From the NCBI GenBank assembly GCA_030141605.1, contig JAQGDQ010000970.1, positions 1 through 64,000 on the forward strand: 64,000 nt of DNA. The letters run 5' to 3'. Made by a program: the position numbers and the translations under genes. The DNA comes from Tubiluchus corallicola. Its lineage: Eukaryota; Animalia; Priapulida. Below the pieces are notes generated by a model, which had not been told where the DNA came from, ran no database searches, and saw nothing but the letters and a program-made list of their open reading frames with translations. Below, in pieces: positions 1 to 12,300 of this stretch (position 1 is its first letter; each line of letters opens with the position of its first letter).

Positions 1-647
1 ATATATACACATTATATATATATATATATATATATATATAATGTGTATATATTTTTTGTTCTTTTTTAATCAATGATTTTAAGCGTTCGAAACCTCACTT
101 ATAAAAATTCCGGAAGTAATTACCAGTATCTGTATACTGGTATTAATCAAAATTAATCTATATATCTCAAAGTCAGCAAAAATATTATGATATTTTCTAA
201 TTGTTCATGATGATATTTCTTCATATAAAAATTGTTGTCGTTTCATACCTTGAGATCAAACATATGTAAAGGTTTTTTTGTTCTTCTTTATTCAAGACAA
301 TTCGCAAGTTCAGTGTTTTACAAATTAGTATAATTATAGGACCTTCTGCTTGTAATTTAGGCTTCTAATCTAAAATTTAATTAAAAGAGTAACTGAGAAA
401 AAAACTATAATTTAAAAAACAACACCATAATATTGTACTTGTAAAAATAACTTTGTTATACTTATAGTCTACAACGCTGATTGAAATTATTTATTTCATC
501 TTATATAGGGGAAGGGAGTAAAAGACCGTATGGTCGTTCTCTTTCCCCACACTATTTAAATATTTATTCGTCAACTGACTACATGCTGTATATCATGATT
601 ATGTGAGCAATAAAGTTCTTATGTCTTATGTTGTTATTATCTTATAG

Positions 648-3600
648 ACAGAGTTTAATCTGCAAATCGGGATTGTTACAAACTGGAAATCTCAAGGATA
701 AATGGTTCTACTCCATCATTGCCATTCTCCTCGCGTGTTTTATCATCTTTATGGCTGTTTGCACTATTGTGATTCCACTAACTGTCCAACTCGTCACAAC
801 AGGTGGCATGACACAAGAAAAGTTTTACGCTTGCAGCACTACTTGGTGGCCATGGGTAGTTACTATAGGTAAATTTTCTTTCGAAGTTAGTACATAACAG
901 CTGATATATTATTCTAATAATTATGTGCATCAGCACATAGTTTTTTTTACAATTTAATACACGTAAATCAGTTTGGTAGTCCTAGAGTTTGGTAAGCCTA
1001 TTCTATACCTAGCATCTGTCGACTTCCTCATAATTAGGTTTTCTTTATAAAAAGCAAGAGCATTGGTTATTTTTTGTACACTTCAGCACACTACAGGCCG
1101 GAATTAGCGGTTATTAGCAAACCCAGTTTTCTAAGATGAGCCACTGGCCGGCAGGTGCCTTTAAACCACGCTCGGACGTCTTTCTGCGAGATAACCGGCT
1201 GTAAACAGCCACGAATGGAACGAAGCCGGTGTAAATAATTACTTGCAACGAATGTGAAAAACCAAATGGAAAATCCGAATGTAGACAAAACAAATTTTTA
1301 TGCTGGTGTTGATGGGATTTATTTTCAATTTTATTGGATTGAATTTGAAATTAAACTATTTCAGTGGAATACATTCTTAGTCTTGTGAGTGGAATCGTAA
1401 TAATGGCGTGGATTGTCGTCAGTAAGTGCACTTATAAAGAGGTACACTTCGCAAAGTGGGTATTGGTTCTCACCCCTATGGTTCTTATCTGCATTTTTGT
1501 TATCAGGTACGCATATATCGATGACTATTTTATGATTTACTGGCAATCCTGAGTATATGATAATTAAATGGCTGCCATGTCATGTGTATCAAAGCCATTC
1601 ATTTAAAAAACTAACGAGAAATTAAATAAAATTTTATTATCTTGGCCACTATTTAATCCATTGGTTTGACATTTTTATAAAGTTCCACGATCAGTCCAAT
1701 AACTTTCTCTTTAATATTTTAGTTCACTGCATGTTGGAAGAGGGAGTGCTGACACTGTTTACATTCTAGTGTTTGTAAAGGTTTTTGTAGCAGCCACACT
1801 AATGATGACAGCTGTATTTTCATTAAAGGTGGGTAAAATACATGAACAACACAAGGTGGCAAATGTATGACAAACAAAATTCTTCTTATTTGTACATATA
1901 TCTGTATAAGTCTATAAGACATAATTTTTTGGGACAGCATAAAAACAGAATTGATAACGAAAAGCTTAACTAATGAGTTCTGAAAACATGCCAATAGTTG
2001 GTAAATAAAAGGACAGGCAGACAAATCAACTGACAGACTTCTTCACCATATGTTAAAATTGAAAGAAAATGAAATTGAAATTCTCTGAACAGAACGAAAG
2101 AAACTTACAGACACTTGGCTAAGATGTCTATATGTTGGCCATGATGTTAAGTGCTGCTGTTTGTATTACAGGGCTAAAGGATCTTGTTTTATAAAGCGGG
2201 CACGATCAGTCTAAACTAATTTTTATGTCGAGATAAATGGTTCACACAATAATGCCCTATACTGTTAAACTATTTATACGAATTAAAGTGGAAATAAAGC
2301 ATTCATAGGTAGTAGCAGTAACAATAAGTTTGTTTATAAGTTGTTACAGTAGAATTTGTATTTGTTGCGCAGTTGTTATTGGTCTTTCATTCAAATACTT
2401 AGTAAAGTTGTAGCTTTTGTCAGATTTATGATATCAAATGTGCGTTTTGTGATTAATTTACCAATATACAGACTTACTCCAATTCTCGTTAAGTCTAAAA
2501 TTCCATTAATTTTAGCGTTGCTAAAATATTTTCTAAAATTAATGGAAACTGAACTTCACACTTTTCAGAGTTATTACACATTTAATCCACCAGATGAACT
2601 AATGTCTATAGACAGTAGCTACATGCTTCAGCCAAAGATTCGTACGACAGCAGAAAGTGGCGAGGTATTTTCGGTAATGTATTACAAAAAATAAACACAG
2701 AATAAGACAGGCACAAAACAGAACATGAGTACGGAATGGCAGGCTTGTAGTTTCTAAATCATGGAAAAACTTCAAAAAGATTGTGCGGAAAAAGATATAG
2801 AAAAACTGGAGGAAAGACAAGGTGCCAATTTCGTACTATTAATCTCATATTTGTCAATACTATCGAACAAATCACTTTTAATGATATTCAGCCATATTTA
2901 AGTTAATTTTAGTCACTTGCAGTGAGGATTCATTCCTTCAAAGGTCAGACATTGGACTTTTGGCATCAACTACATACTATCATCCTCAGCTAGGGACAAT
3001 GAGCAGTGTTGAAAATGCAAATTGAGAGCTTTAAATTGTTGCACTATTATAGCTAAATATGACTCAATATAACAATATAGCTAAAAGACTGATTGTTGGC
3101 CTGACGCTTTATCAAATTAGTTAGATTAGTCGCAATATACGCTATAATTACTTCGATTTCCACAATTATTCTGTACACCGTTTACCAAGCCATAACTAGT
3201 AGAGTTATACTCATTGCAGTGACACTCCGCAACACGATAGAATATTCTATGCTCGTAGTTTAGTGTTGATTCTGTTACCAAGTATCGACTGTCATTTTGT
3301 ACAAGTCTGTAGTCTAGCGTAGATAAGAGGTCATTGTAACCTTAAAGGTATGGGCTTTTTAAGACTGTTCATGACTTACCAACTATCCAGTTCTAATGGA
3401 CCACGATACTAAGCATTTATTTACAAAATTTCCGCTTACGGTACCAAAATTATGAATTATGAACTGTTCAAGTGTCCGTGTGTGTCTCTTTCCCATAGTA
3501 ATTAAGTACTATTTACTTAACAAAAAAGTTGTGGGTCAACAAGTCAAGTTGCTAAGGATCAAGTTACCATGTAAAGTGGAATTATTTGGAGTCGATGAAA

Positions 3601-3673
3601 CGAATCTTCACTGCAAAGTGATTAAACATTTGTGGTTATTGTTTAACGTTAAGAATGATTGTATGTATCTATG

Positions 3674-3712
<39 letters not shown>

Positions 3713-4516
3713 CATACGATATAAAAAGTGGATCTCGTTTATTAGGAATATTTTGTATAAATTTGGGTTGAACATAGTTGGATTATTGAAGGTACAATAA
3801 GTGCTCACAGATTGCTTTACTCCATTAATAAGAGGCTACAAGATAGATAATGACAATTTTTTGAAAAAGTTTTATAACGACAACAATGATGACAGGGTAA
3901 CAAACTTCGAACTTATAGGCTTTTTAAAACTGGAAGAATATTTGCTTATGCGTAATAATCCAATTCCAAGCGAACGTATAACTATGTACACTAAATTTAG
4001 AATTAGTGCGCACAGATTGGATATTGAGAGGGGGAGGTATCACAAACCAAAAATGCCTGCTCATTAAAGAATACTTAAAATATGTGAGATGAATCAAGTG
4101 GAAGATGAAATGCATTTTTGTATGACATGTTCTGCTTACCAAATTGAGAGAAAAGTTGTATTTGAAAATCTTTTAAAAATATTTCCTCATTTTGCAGAAA
4201 TACCTGTAAGTGAACTGTTTATGTTTATTAATGGCCTAAATGATGTAGAGATGAGAACCCTAGTAATAAATTTTATATATGACATCAGTCAGAAAAGAGA
4301 AGAGAAACAGGATAGCAAATAACTTTAATTTGAACTCGCAGCCTGCAAAATGTATTCTTACTATTTTTGTTTTTATGTGTTATTATTGTCCTTCTGTTAG
4401 TATGATGTTTTTTTTGATATTATCGTCCCAATTACATTTGGGCTATGTACCTATGTACAGGATCAATGTTTTTTTGGTCTCTTTATGTTGTATGCTCAAA
4501 AAACTATAACCAATAC

Positions 4517-4573
<57 letters not shown>

Positions 4574-4716
4574 CTATACATATATATGTATATATATATA
4601 CTATACATATATATGTATATATATATATATATATACTCGTTAATATATATATCAATATATATATATATATATACTCGTTTTTGTTTCAGAATAAGGTCAG
4701 CTTAACGACTTTCTAA
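648..4716 (+). CDS. Class C GPCR, GPR158/GPR179-like; 3' part (end of TM3 to TM7 and C-tail). The 5' exons were not found and probably lie left of the window.
   Basis: Phase-compatible AG/GT exons 648-868, 1365-1506, 1723-1828, 2569-2664 and preferred last exon 4690-4716. They give ...[30 protein letters not shown]...[24 protein letters not shown]...YKEVHF...[26 protein letters not shown]...NKVSLTTF*. The ECL2 Cys..W....(V/I)xE(F/Y)(I/L) pattern, xEx(R/H)(Y/F) before TM6 and D....LxF in TM7 match my recollection of the GPR158 7TM domain. The last-exon choice is less certain. Confidence 0.72.
3716..4512 (+). mobile_element. 5'-truncated non-LTR retrotransposon (LINE) 3' end, degenerate ORF2 C-terminus with CCHC-type zinc finger
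   Basis: Broken frames read [14 protein letters not shown]...[17 protein letters not shown]...[25 protein letters not shown], a typical LINE ORF2 C-terminal signature. Stops and frameshifts are present. Bounded by (TA)n tracts. Confidence 0.85.
4514..4673. repeat. (TA)n/(TACA) microsatellite
   Basis: Directly visible dinucleotide tract. Confidence 0.95.
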
Positions 4717-6371
4717 AGTGAGTCAAATTAGCCTTATTGCGTCCATTAAGCATAAACAGCAAGCGAATAACAGCTGTCGTACAGAAATAGAAGACGAGAA
4801 TTTTCGAATTCCTAGTGTACGTGATCACGAATCATCTAATTTCTGACAGGAAAATGATGACACATTCTTGCTTTTCCGGCTTCGTAACAGGCATCACTGA
4901 GACATAACTTCACAATAATTAATTTCTCTTGTTTCTCCTATCTAAGCAACTTATAAGGGAAGGATCTTAACGGTGTGACAGTGTATAAGGATGTACGTTG
5001 CTGAAAGGATGGATATGGAAAGTAGCTTAGCAAAATTTTTTGTTTAGATAATTTAATTGCTTTTGCTAACTAGACGTGCTACTATCTTCACATCTTACTA
5101 CCATGCATTACGTAATGGACGTGACTTCAATTTTTGTAATGAACTTATAAATTAACGATAAAGATCGTTTTCAAATTTCCTTGAATTATTTATGTCGTAA
5201 ATACTGACTCAGGCAAACTCGTCTCTTAACCTAACACAGAAGCGAAGTAGTATCGCATAACCCATCTTCATCTCTGCAGACATGTGTGAGACGACGGAAT
5301 CGGGCAGATCGTCGATTGGATCAAACCAAAGTTTTAAAATCAAAACCTGGCTAAATGAAAGTAAATGAGAAAATTTTGGATTTGAACAGAGACATTTGAA
5401 TTACAGACTGACCTTAATTCACTCATATTATCTCGCTAACCAATCGATGTGTTCTAAATGTTAGTTTTCCCATGTCGGAATAATAATTATTGTACTATTA
5501 TACGTATTATTTTTATCATCTGTATATAGTTTTGACTGAGATTAATCTGTGAGTATCTGAAAAATTATTTCTAATCCTAATTTCAAATTTATTTTGTTAA
5601 TCGAATGAACTCGAATGATTGAAGTTTTGAAGGTTTAATTTAAGGTAACAGTTTAAAATAAAATTACATTTCAAGACTAAAACCACAAAAAGCAACAATG
5701 ATAAGAAAAAACTTTACATGCAGATTTTTGATATTTTTTGGCGATCAGATATTTTCTAAACATTATAACGTTACAATTCGTACGAAAGCATTACTGTATA
5801 GTTTCGAAAGTTTCTACAACCTCAGTTCTACAACGGTTGTCTTCAAACCAGTGCACTAGTTTTCCCAGAGATTGTTATTTATAGATCGTTTTCTAGTTAT
5901 TTTTAAGAAAACAGTTATCGTTTTCTTACAAAAAATATACATACCGGACCTTTTTGGGTGTCAAGGCACGTAAAATACATAATACACAACTCATCAATAA
6001 AAGAGAAAGGTGTATAGTCGTTGAACAATTATTTAAATAAGTAAAAAGGAAATAAAATAAATCTTAGTGACAATAATCTCAACAAATGATAAAAATCCAG
6101 ACACCTTTACTTCCTTATTTTGGGATTTTTTTCCTGGTTGTTTATAACATGTTCGCAAGTAAGCTTATCTCTGAAATTGCTGTGCATCAACATTCCCAGT
6201 GAACAACATGCCCGTAACCCGACATAATGTACTGTATCGCATCATGATTCGCTCATTAATCATTGTGCTTTCCGTTATTGGGATAAACGTTTGAAGAGAG
6301 AGAAACTTTACAATTCATTGTGATTATTTTTTTACATTAATGGAATAAAAATGACTTAAAGCAATTATCTG

Positions 6372-9300
6372 CTACTTCTGGTTATCCAACCCTTCGGTAG
6401 ACGCTGTAAAATCTTCTTCTGGTATAGTATCAGTTGTTCTATTAATGTAGTTGGCGTCTTTTACAATGCCATTATAGTTTCCGTTCATAGCTTCCGATTT
6501 TGCCTGTTCTAATTCAGCTTCTTCCTTTTCTTTTTGGCTGAGAGCAATCGTACTATTCTTTATGCCATATCCAAAATATATGGGCAACCCTATGAAAAAG
6601 ACAAGCACTGTGTTAATCTAGTATGTTTTTTAAGACTTCACAAATAAGTGCATTTATCACGCGCATGTGCGAATATTCCATTTATATTTCATGAATTTCG
6701 CTCTTGGCTCTCATAGATAAATTAAAAATAAGAAGACAATTCTTAACAATAATTAACGTGTCAGATAATAATAGTATAACACAACATACCTATTATTCCC
6801 CAGACAACAATTCTGATCAAAGCGAGTAAGGATAGCTTAAAAAGTAGGTAAGTATTGATAAGTACAGCAGCAGTTGGTAAAACTGGAACGCAGGGAGCTA
6901 AAAACTTCAACTTCCTCCTGAAAAAATGAGTAGCTGTGCTGTAGAATTTTCCTAGCTATTGAGCCTACACAATATTCCACTGTCAGAATTCATAAGAAAA
7001 TCTTCCTGTTTAGTAAATAAATAGAACCAGGCTCACTTATTCCGTGAAGCCGTAGTGTAAGAAATTGACGTCTAATACTCCGAAGAACGTTTAAATTCTA
7101 TCAGTTAGCGCAAAGTGTCGTTTTAGCGCCCCATTTTGACAGAAAGACTTGATAAGGTCGAGCAAAAAATGGCGACTATAGCTGCTTAAAAAATAAAACA
7201 TAAAAAACGAGCCTACCTGTTCTGGGGATATCTACTGATCTGCAGAGTTGTTCCTACGATCCCAATAATGGCAATGACCGCTAATAAAATGATCCCTGGG
7301 TTGTCACCGTGTCGACTCTGAACGCCATCTATCACCACTATGTTGAACAACACAATAAATGCTAGAAGCACACAGACGAGAATAGTCACAGTTTTCCCAG
7401 TTTCATTGTTCGGTTCACCTTTGTACTTCCAGCTGTAGCATTTGTAGTATAGCATCCTCAGGTTTTTCTTCAATGTTCCCAGACGCAAAGATTCGTCACT
7501 TCCGCCTTGGAGGCTTCCGTAATGCGGAGACGGAGCGTCCGGAATGAGAAAAGCGTCGTCTCTGCTGATGGAATTAGGTGTGTCGGTGAAGTCGTCAGTG
7601 AACTCGGTGTCAGAGCGAGAGAGGCTAGGGTGACGAATGTCAATGCTCATTTTTGGCAGCAAGTGTATTTTTCCCCGTTTTGGTTGATATCTCAGAATTA
7701 ACACACAAGACGATACTAAAGAGTACGCCAGTAGTGTGCCTAATTAATGAAAAAAAGTCAAATTAAGTAAATTACTAACTTGTATTTTTCGCAAAACGGT
7801 AGCAGTGAAAGCAGTAGATTAGGTGGAGTAAGTAAAGAAATAAATGCTAACCAGCAGAAATTTACGACCACCATTAAGCTACCAGCAACGTGGCGAAAGC
7901 GAATTAAAATATATATTGGACGACTCTCCAAGAAGAAGAACGACAAAAATCTTCTGAGGTTTAATACGAAAATGGATTCCGGAAATTTTGCAAAATCCAG
8001 CTTCACGTATGAGAACCTATGACCCGGATTTGTCTCGTCAATCGTCATGAATGTTGTTATCTCTGGTGAATACAATACACAATAAATTAGATTACAATAA
8101 GAATATAAATTGGTAACTTACCTACGGACATCATCTCAACAAGCTTCTCTAATGGGATAAGAAGAGCCACGATGGCAGATAGAACTCCGAATATGCATGT
8201 AGCCAGTGCTGGAGTTTTGGTTAATTGAGGTACATGTGCCAGTTTTCTACAAGTATAAATTACATTTAAAACTGGTAATATTTTTGAAGTATCTTGTTAC
8301 GACGTTCAAATGACTATGCCTCATATAAAAGTGCAAACTAACTAGGTTATCAGTTAGTTGGCTGGCTAGTTTCTTGTTTGTTAGTGAACCGCCCATATGA
8401 CTGACTGATTGAATGAAACCCGTGCAGCAGGTAAGCTGGCTTGCTGTCAAGCAAACACCGAGTAATGTCAGACTGGTTGTCAGATTAAGTCGTCAATAAA
8501 CAGAGTACAAAATAAATAATCCAAGAAGAGATTACTTTGTGTGATTTTTGGAAAATGCTGGACATTAGCACGAAAATACTGTAATGTTGGCGGTATTGGC
8601 GCCTAGTCGTAGAAATCTGCCACCCCGTAACAAAACGACAGAAGAGACAGTTAAGCAGAAAAACTTATCAGAAGTCTATTTGTGCTCCATGCTATATGCG
8701 TGTATGGAACAGGTACTGAGATGTACTAGGTGCTGAGATGCTGTTCACACCTGTCCGTCTAACTACCAAGTCATGGAATCATTGAATCGCACCAGTCTAT
8801 TTATCGATGCCAGTAGGCAATAGTTTCGTAATACACATAACCATTACAATGCAGGAGTGGGAGTAAAAATAAATAGCATTTTGCCGTCGTTACTGTACGT
8901 TTCGATTTAAATATTACCTTTTTATCACTTATTTTAAGAAGCAAGTTATCAAAGCTTTTAAAGTAATTGATATGTTAATCTGCTATTTTGTATAACATTT
9001 TCTAAAAATTCCTTCCTCTTCAATGTATCATTTCAGTTTGAAAACCCTATCAGAATTTATTTATTGATCTCGCGGAATTCATTGAAACGTTAATTGATTA
9101 CAAGGTTACTTAATAGTGGCAATTTTATTTAAATTACACCAACCATCATTCCGAGTATTGCATTTAGGATCACTAAAAGGCTTATAATTAGTATGGTATG
9201 TAAGTAAAAATATCATATAGCACTGGATTTACAATTTAACGATTTCACTTTAGGACTTCACGATTGCACCGAAATTAGGAAATTAGATGAAGAGATTACG

Positions 9301-12300
9301 ATTATAAGTTTTGCAGGCGGTATTCTCGGGGTAGATTATTTATAATGTTGTTGCATCAGATTCCTAGGTTACATATTATGTGAAATTCATTACTAAAAGA
9401 CTACTGCACAAAATTTAACAGATTCGGTAAACGACTGTCACAACGGGAGTTGACTATTATTTCACAAGATTTTGTAAGACAAGGCGAAGGCTTACCGCGC
9501 TTGGGAGTGTTTCATTTAACCCCGATATTCCTTTCGTATTAAAAGTAATCGTTTTATCAGTCTTACAATGTGCAATTTTACATTTCAGCACATAAAACGT
9601 ACCATGGTATAATAAGCAAAGCTTAGTTAAAGATCACAATTAAAAATATTACTACAAGATAATGAAAATAAATATTTACACAAAGAACAGATAATTAGAA
9701 AGCTAGAAACGTAAAAACGTAAATTAGTGAGCGTATATTCCAAAATGCGCAAAAATATTCGAAGTTAAAATGATATCAGTATTAAGAATAAAAGTGGGTA
9801 TAACTTCATTGCTTGAATTTAAAACTCGCTGACCAAGGTAAAAAGTATTTTTACGTAAAATGACTTTTCGACACATATTTTAGATGATGTGGTGTCCATA
9901 TGGTAAGCAAAAAACTTCGTCAATGCAAAATCGTAGGCCGCTTTAGAAAAATAAGATTTAAACAGAACACGTTTGACATCAGCAGAGCAATATAGGTTTA
10001 TTGTCGAACAACAGTACAATATACAATACAATGTATATCAGGAATCACACAAAAGCACCCAAAACTTGGGTGTAATCGTCACATTGAATCAATAAAACAA
10101 ACAGTAGAGGTTAAAAAAATAATTATAATAAAGTGCTATTGCTGTCAATTTAGTATGATTTTCTGTAATTAAGATTCTATTTTCCTTCTTTCGAAACAGT
10201 ATCTGTATTATAGTTTTAAACTAAATTTGCAAATTCAGAATCAATTCCTTTCATCGGAAATAAAATTTTTTCCTGTAACGTGAGATTCATAAAGTTTAGG
10301 AAAATTTCATTGGTATGACAGTACAAGCTATATCTTAAATCATTATGTAGTTACAATCAAGAATTAAATGCTTTTCGTCCTTTTTGGTCATTACAAAAAT
10401 GGCATAGCCCGTTGTTAAGGGGTATTTTAGATTTAATGCACCGTCAAATATATGGTGCATGATGTATGTATACCTTCACAAAGACGAAAATAAAACTGAA
10501 TACGAAAAAATCGATGTTCATGAGAAAACGACTCGCACGTTGTTAACCCCAGGCTCACAAAAATAAAACTGGCCAGTTCTTGCCAATATTAAACGCTTGT
10601 GAAAACGAGACAGGAAAGTACGAACAATAAAAGACTAATTGATCGGATTCATGTTTTATGACTGTGTGTTTATGAAGGGGAAACATGGAAGAATTACATG
10701 GCTTATTGGAACTAAAGTAGCAATTCATCTCTTTAAAGACAAGATATTCTTCATAAAAAGCTTCTGGAGTAAAAAGAAAACAAAATTGATTCTTAGTCAA
10801 TTTAGCCCAGAGACTGTCTTATGCAGAGCATGAAAAGGCTGCAATAACGTTTGCAACTACTGGTGCTAGGTCACAAGAAAAAACTTACCTAAACAGGACA
10901 CCATCTTTCGCCATGGCGTAGACGACTCTGGGCATTGGAAACATGGAACCAAGCATACTGACTGTCAGAGCGGCAATTGCACCTGCAGCTACAATGTACT
11001 TTGCCGTGTATGCACCTAAACGTTAAATTTACTATAGTCATGGCTATCGTCATTTTCACAACCATCGTTGCTAGCACTGCCGCTACTGCTACCAGTGTGC
11101 TTCCCACTGCCAATAATACTGACTGCCGTTATAACAGATTGTGAGTAGGAAGCCTAAATGGCTTAGGTGTCAAATATTTTTATTATACATATTACAATGA
11201 GTTCCCTACTGATGTAACTGAAAATCTGTCAGAGGATAATAAACAATTTCTACTACTATATAATCATCATCATCATCAGCAGCAGCAGCAGCAGCGCTGA
11301 TATAGGTACCGCTACTACAGCCGTACTTGCCATCGTCATATCATCATCATATCATCACCATCATCGTTGTCATCATCATCATCATTGTGATCGCCATCAT
11401 TATGATCATCGTCATCAACATGGCTATCACACTATCATGCTATTATTATGGTCATAATTTTCATCATCTCCATTTCAACAATCATAATGGGCACTCCTAT
11501 TATCATCTTCACTGTCACCGTCATCATTGTCGCCAACGCACGTTTACCGCTTTCTAGGCACACTTTGGGCTTTTACAACGTCGTGGGCCCAGTGCACCAT
11601 TTTTACTTACCATGTGCAGCAAACATTTCCATCAAAGGTGCTTCGTCAGAAATATCATAATAAGGTACAACAGAGGTGAGAATGATAGAAGATACCACGT
11701 AAGCAAACATTGCGATAAACATAGAGAGAATGATGGCGATGGGGATGGACTTTGTGGGGTTGTTTGCTTCCTCCCCCGTTGTTGCAATGATGTCAAATCC
11801 AATGAAGGCGTAGAAGCAGATGGCAGCACCAGAAAAAACCTGAAAACAAACATTTCTATCACCACTGTACAAATTTGCCAGAACTAACTCAAAAATTCCT
11901 GTACAAAAACTTGGTTAGAGGTTTAGATTTTATGTTTAATAGTGTCCAAACCCATTTTAGAAGAAATTTTGCAAAAAAATAGAACCGAGAGCCGATCGAC
12001 TACTTTCAATGGGTTGCTCTGCAGGTGGCACGTTTTCTTACCAAGGAAAATTTCCGAGATTTCAATGATACCAGTTCAATGCAAAAAAATGTAAAGACGT
12101 TTCTAGTTTTTAAACTACTCCTAAGACGCCTAACAATGCTAATATGTTCAATGTTTTAATCCACCAATTTTCAATTCATTTGAAATCAAAATTTATAGAA
12201 TCGTACGTATTGTATAGGTTAGTCTATATTGATCCACAAAAATTGAAAAATAATTCCTTTGTACCATCACTTACTAACTTTAAATTCTAACCTTACGTTA

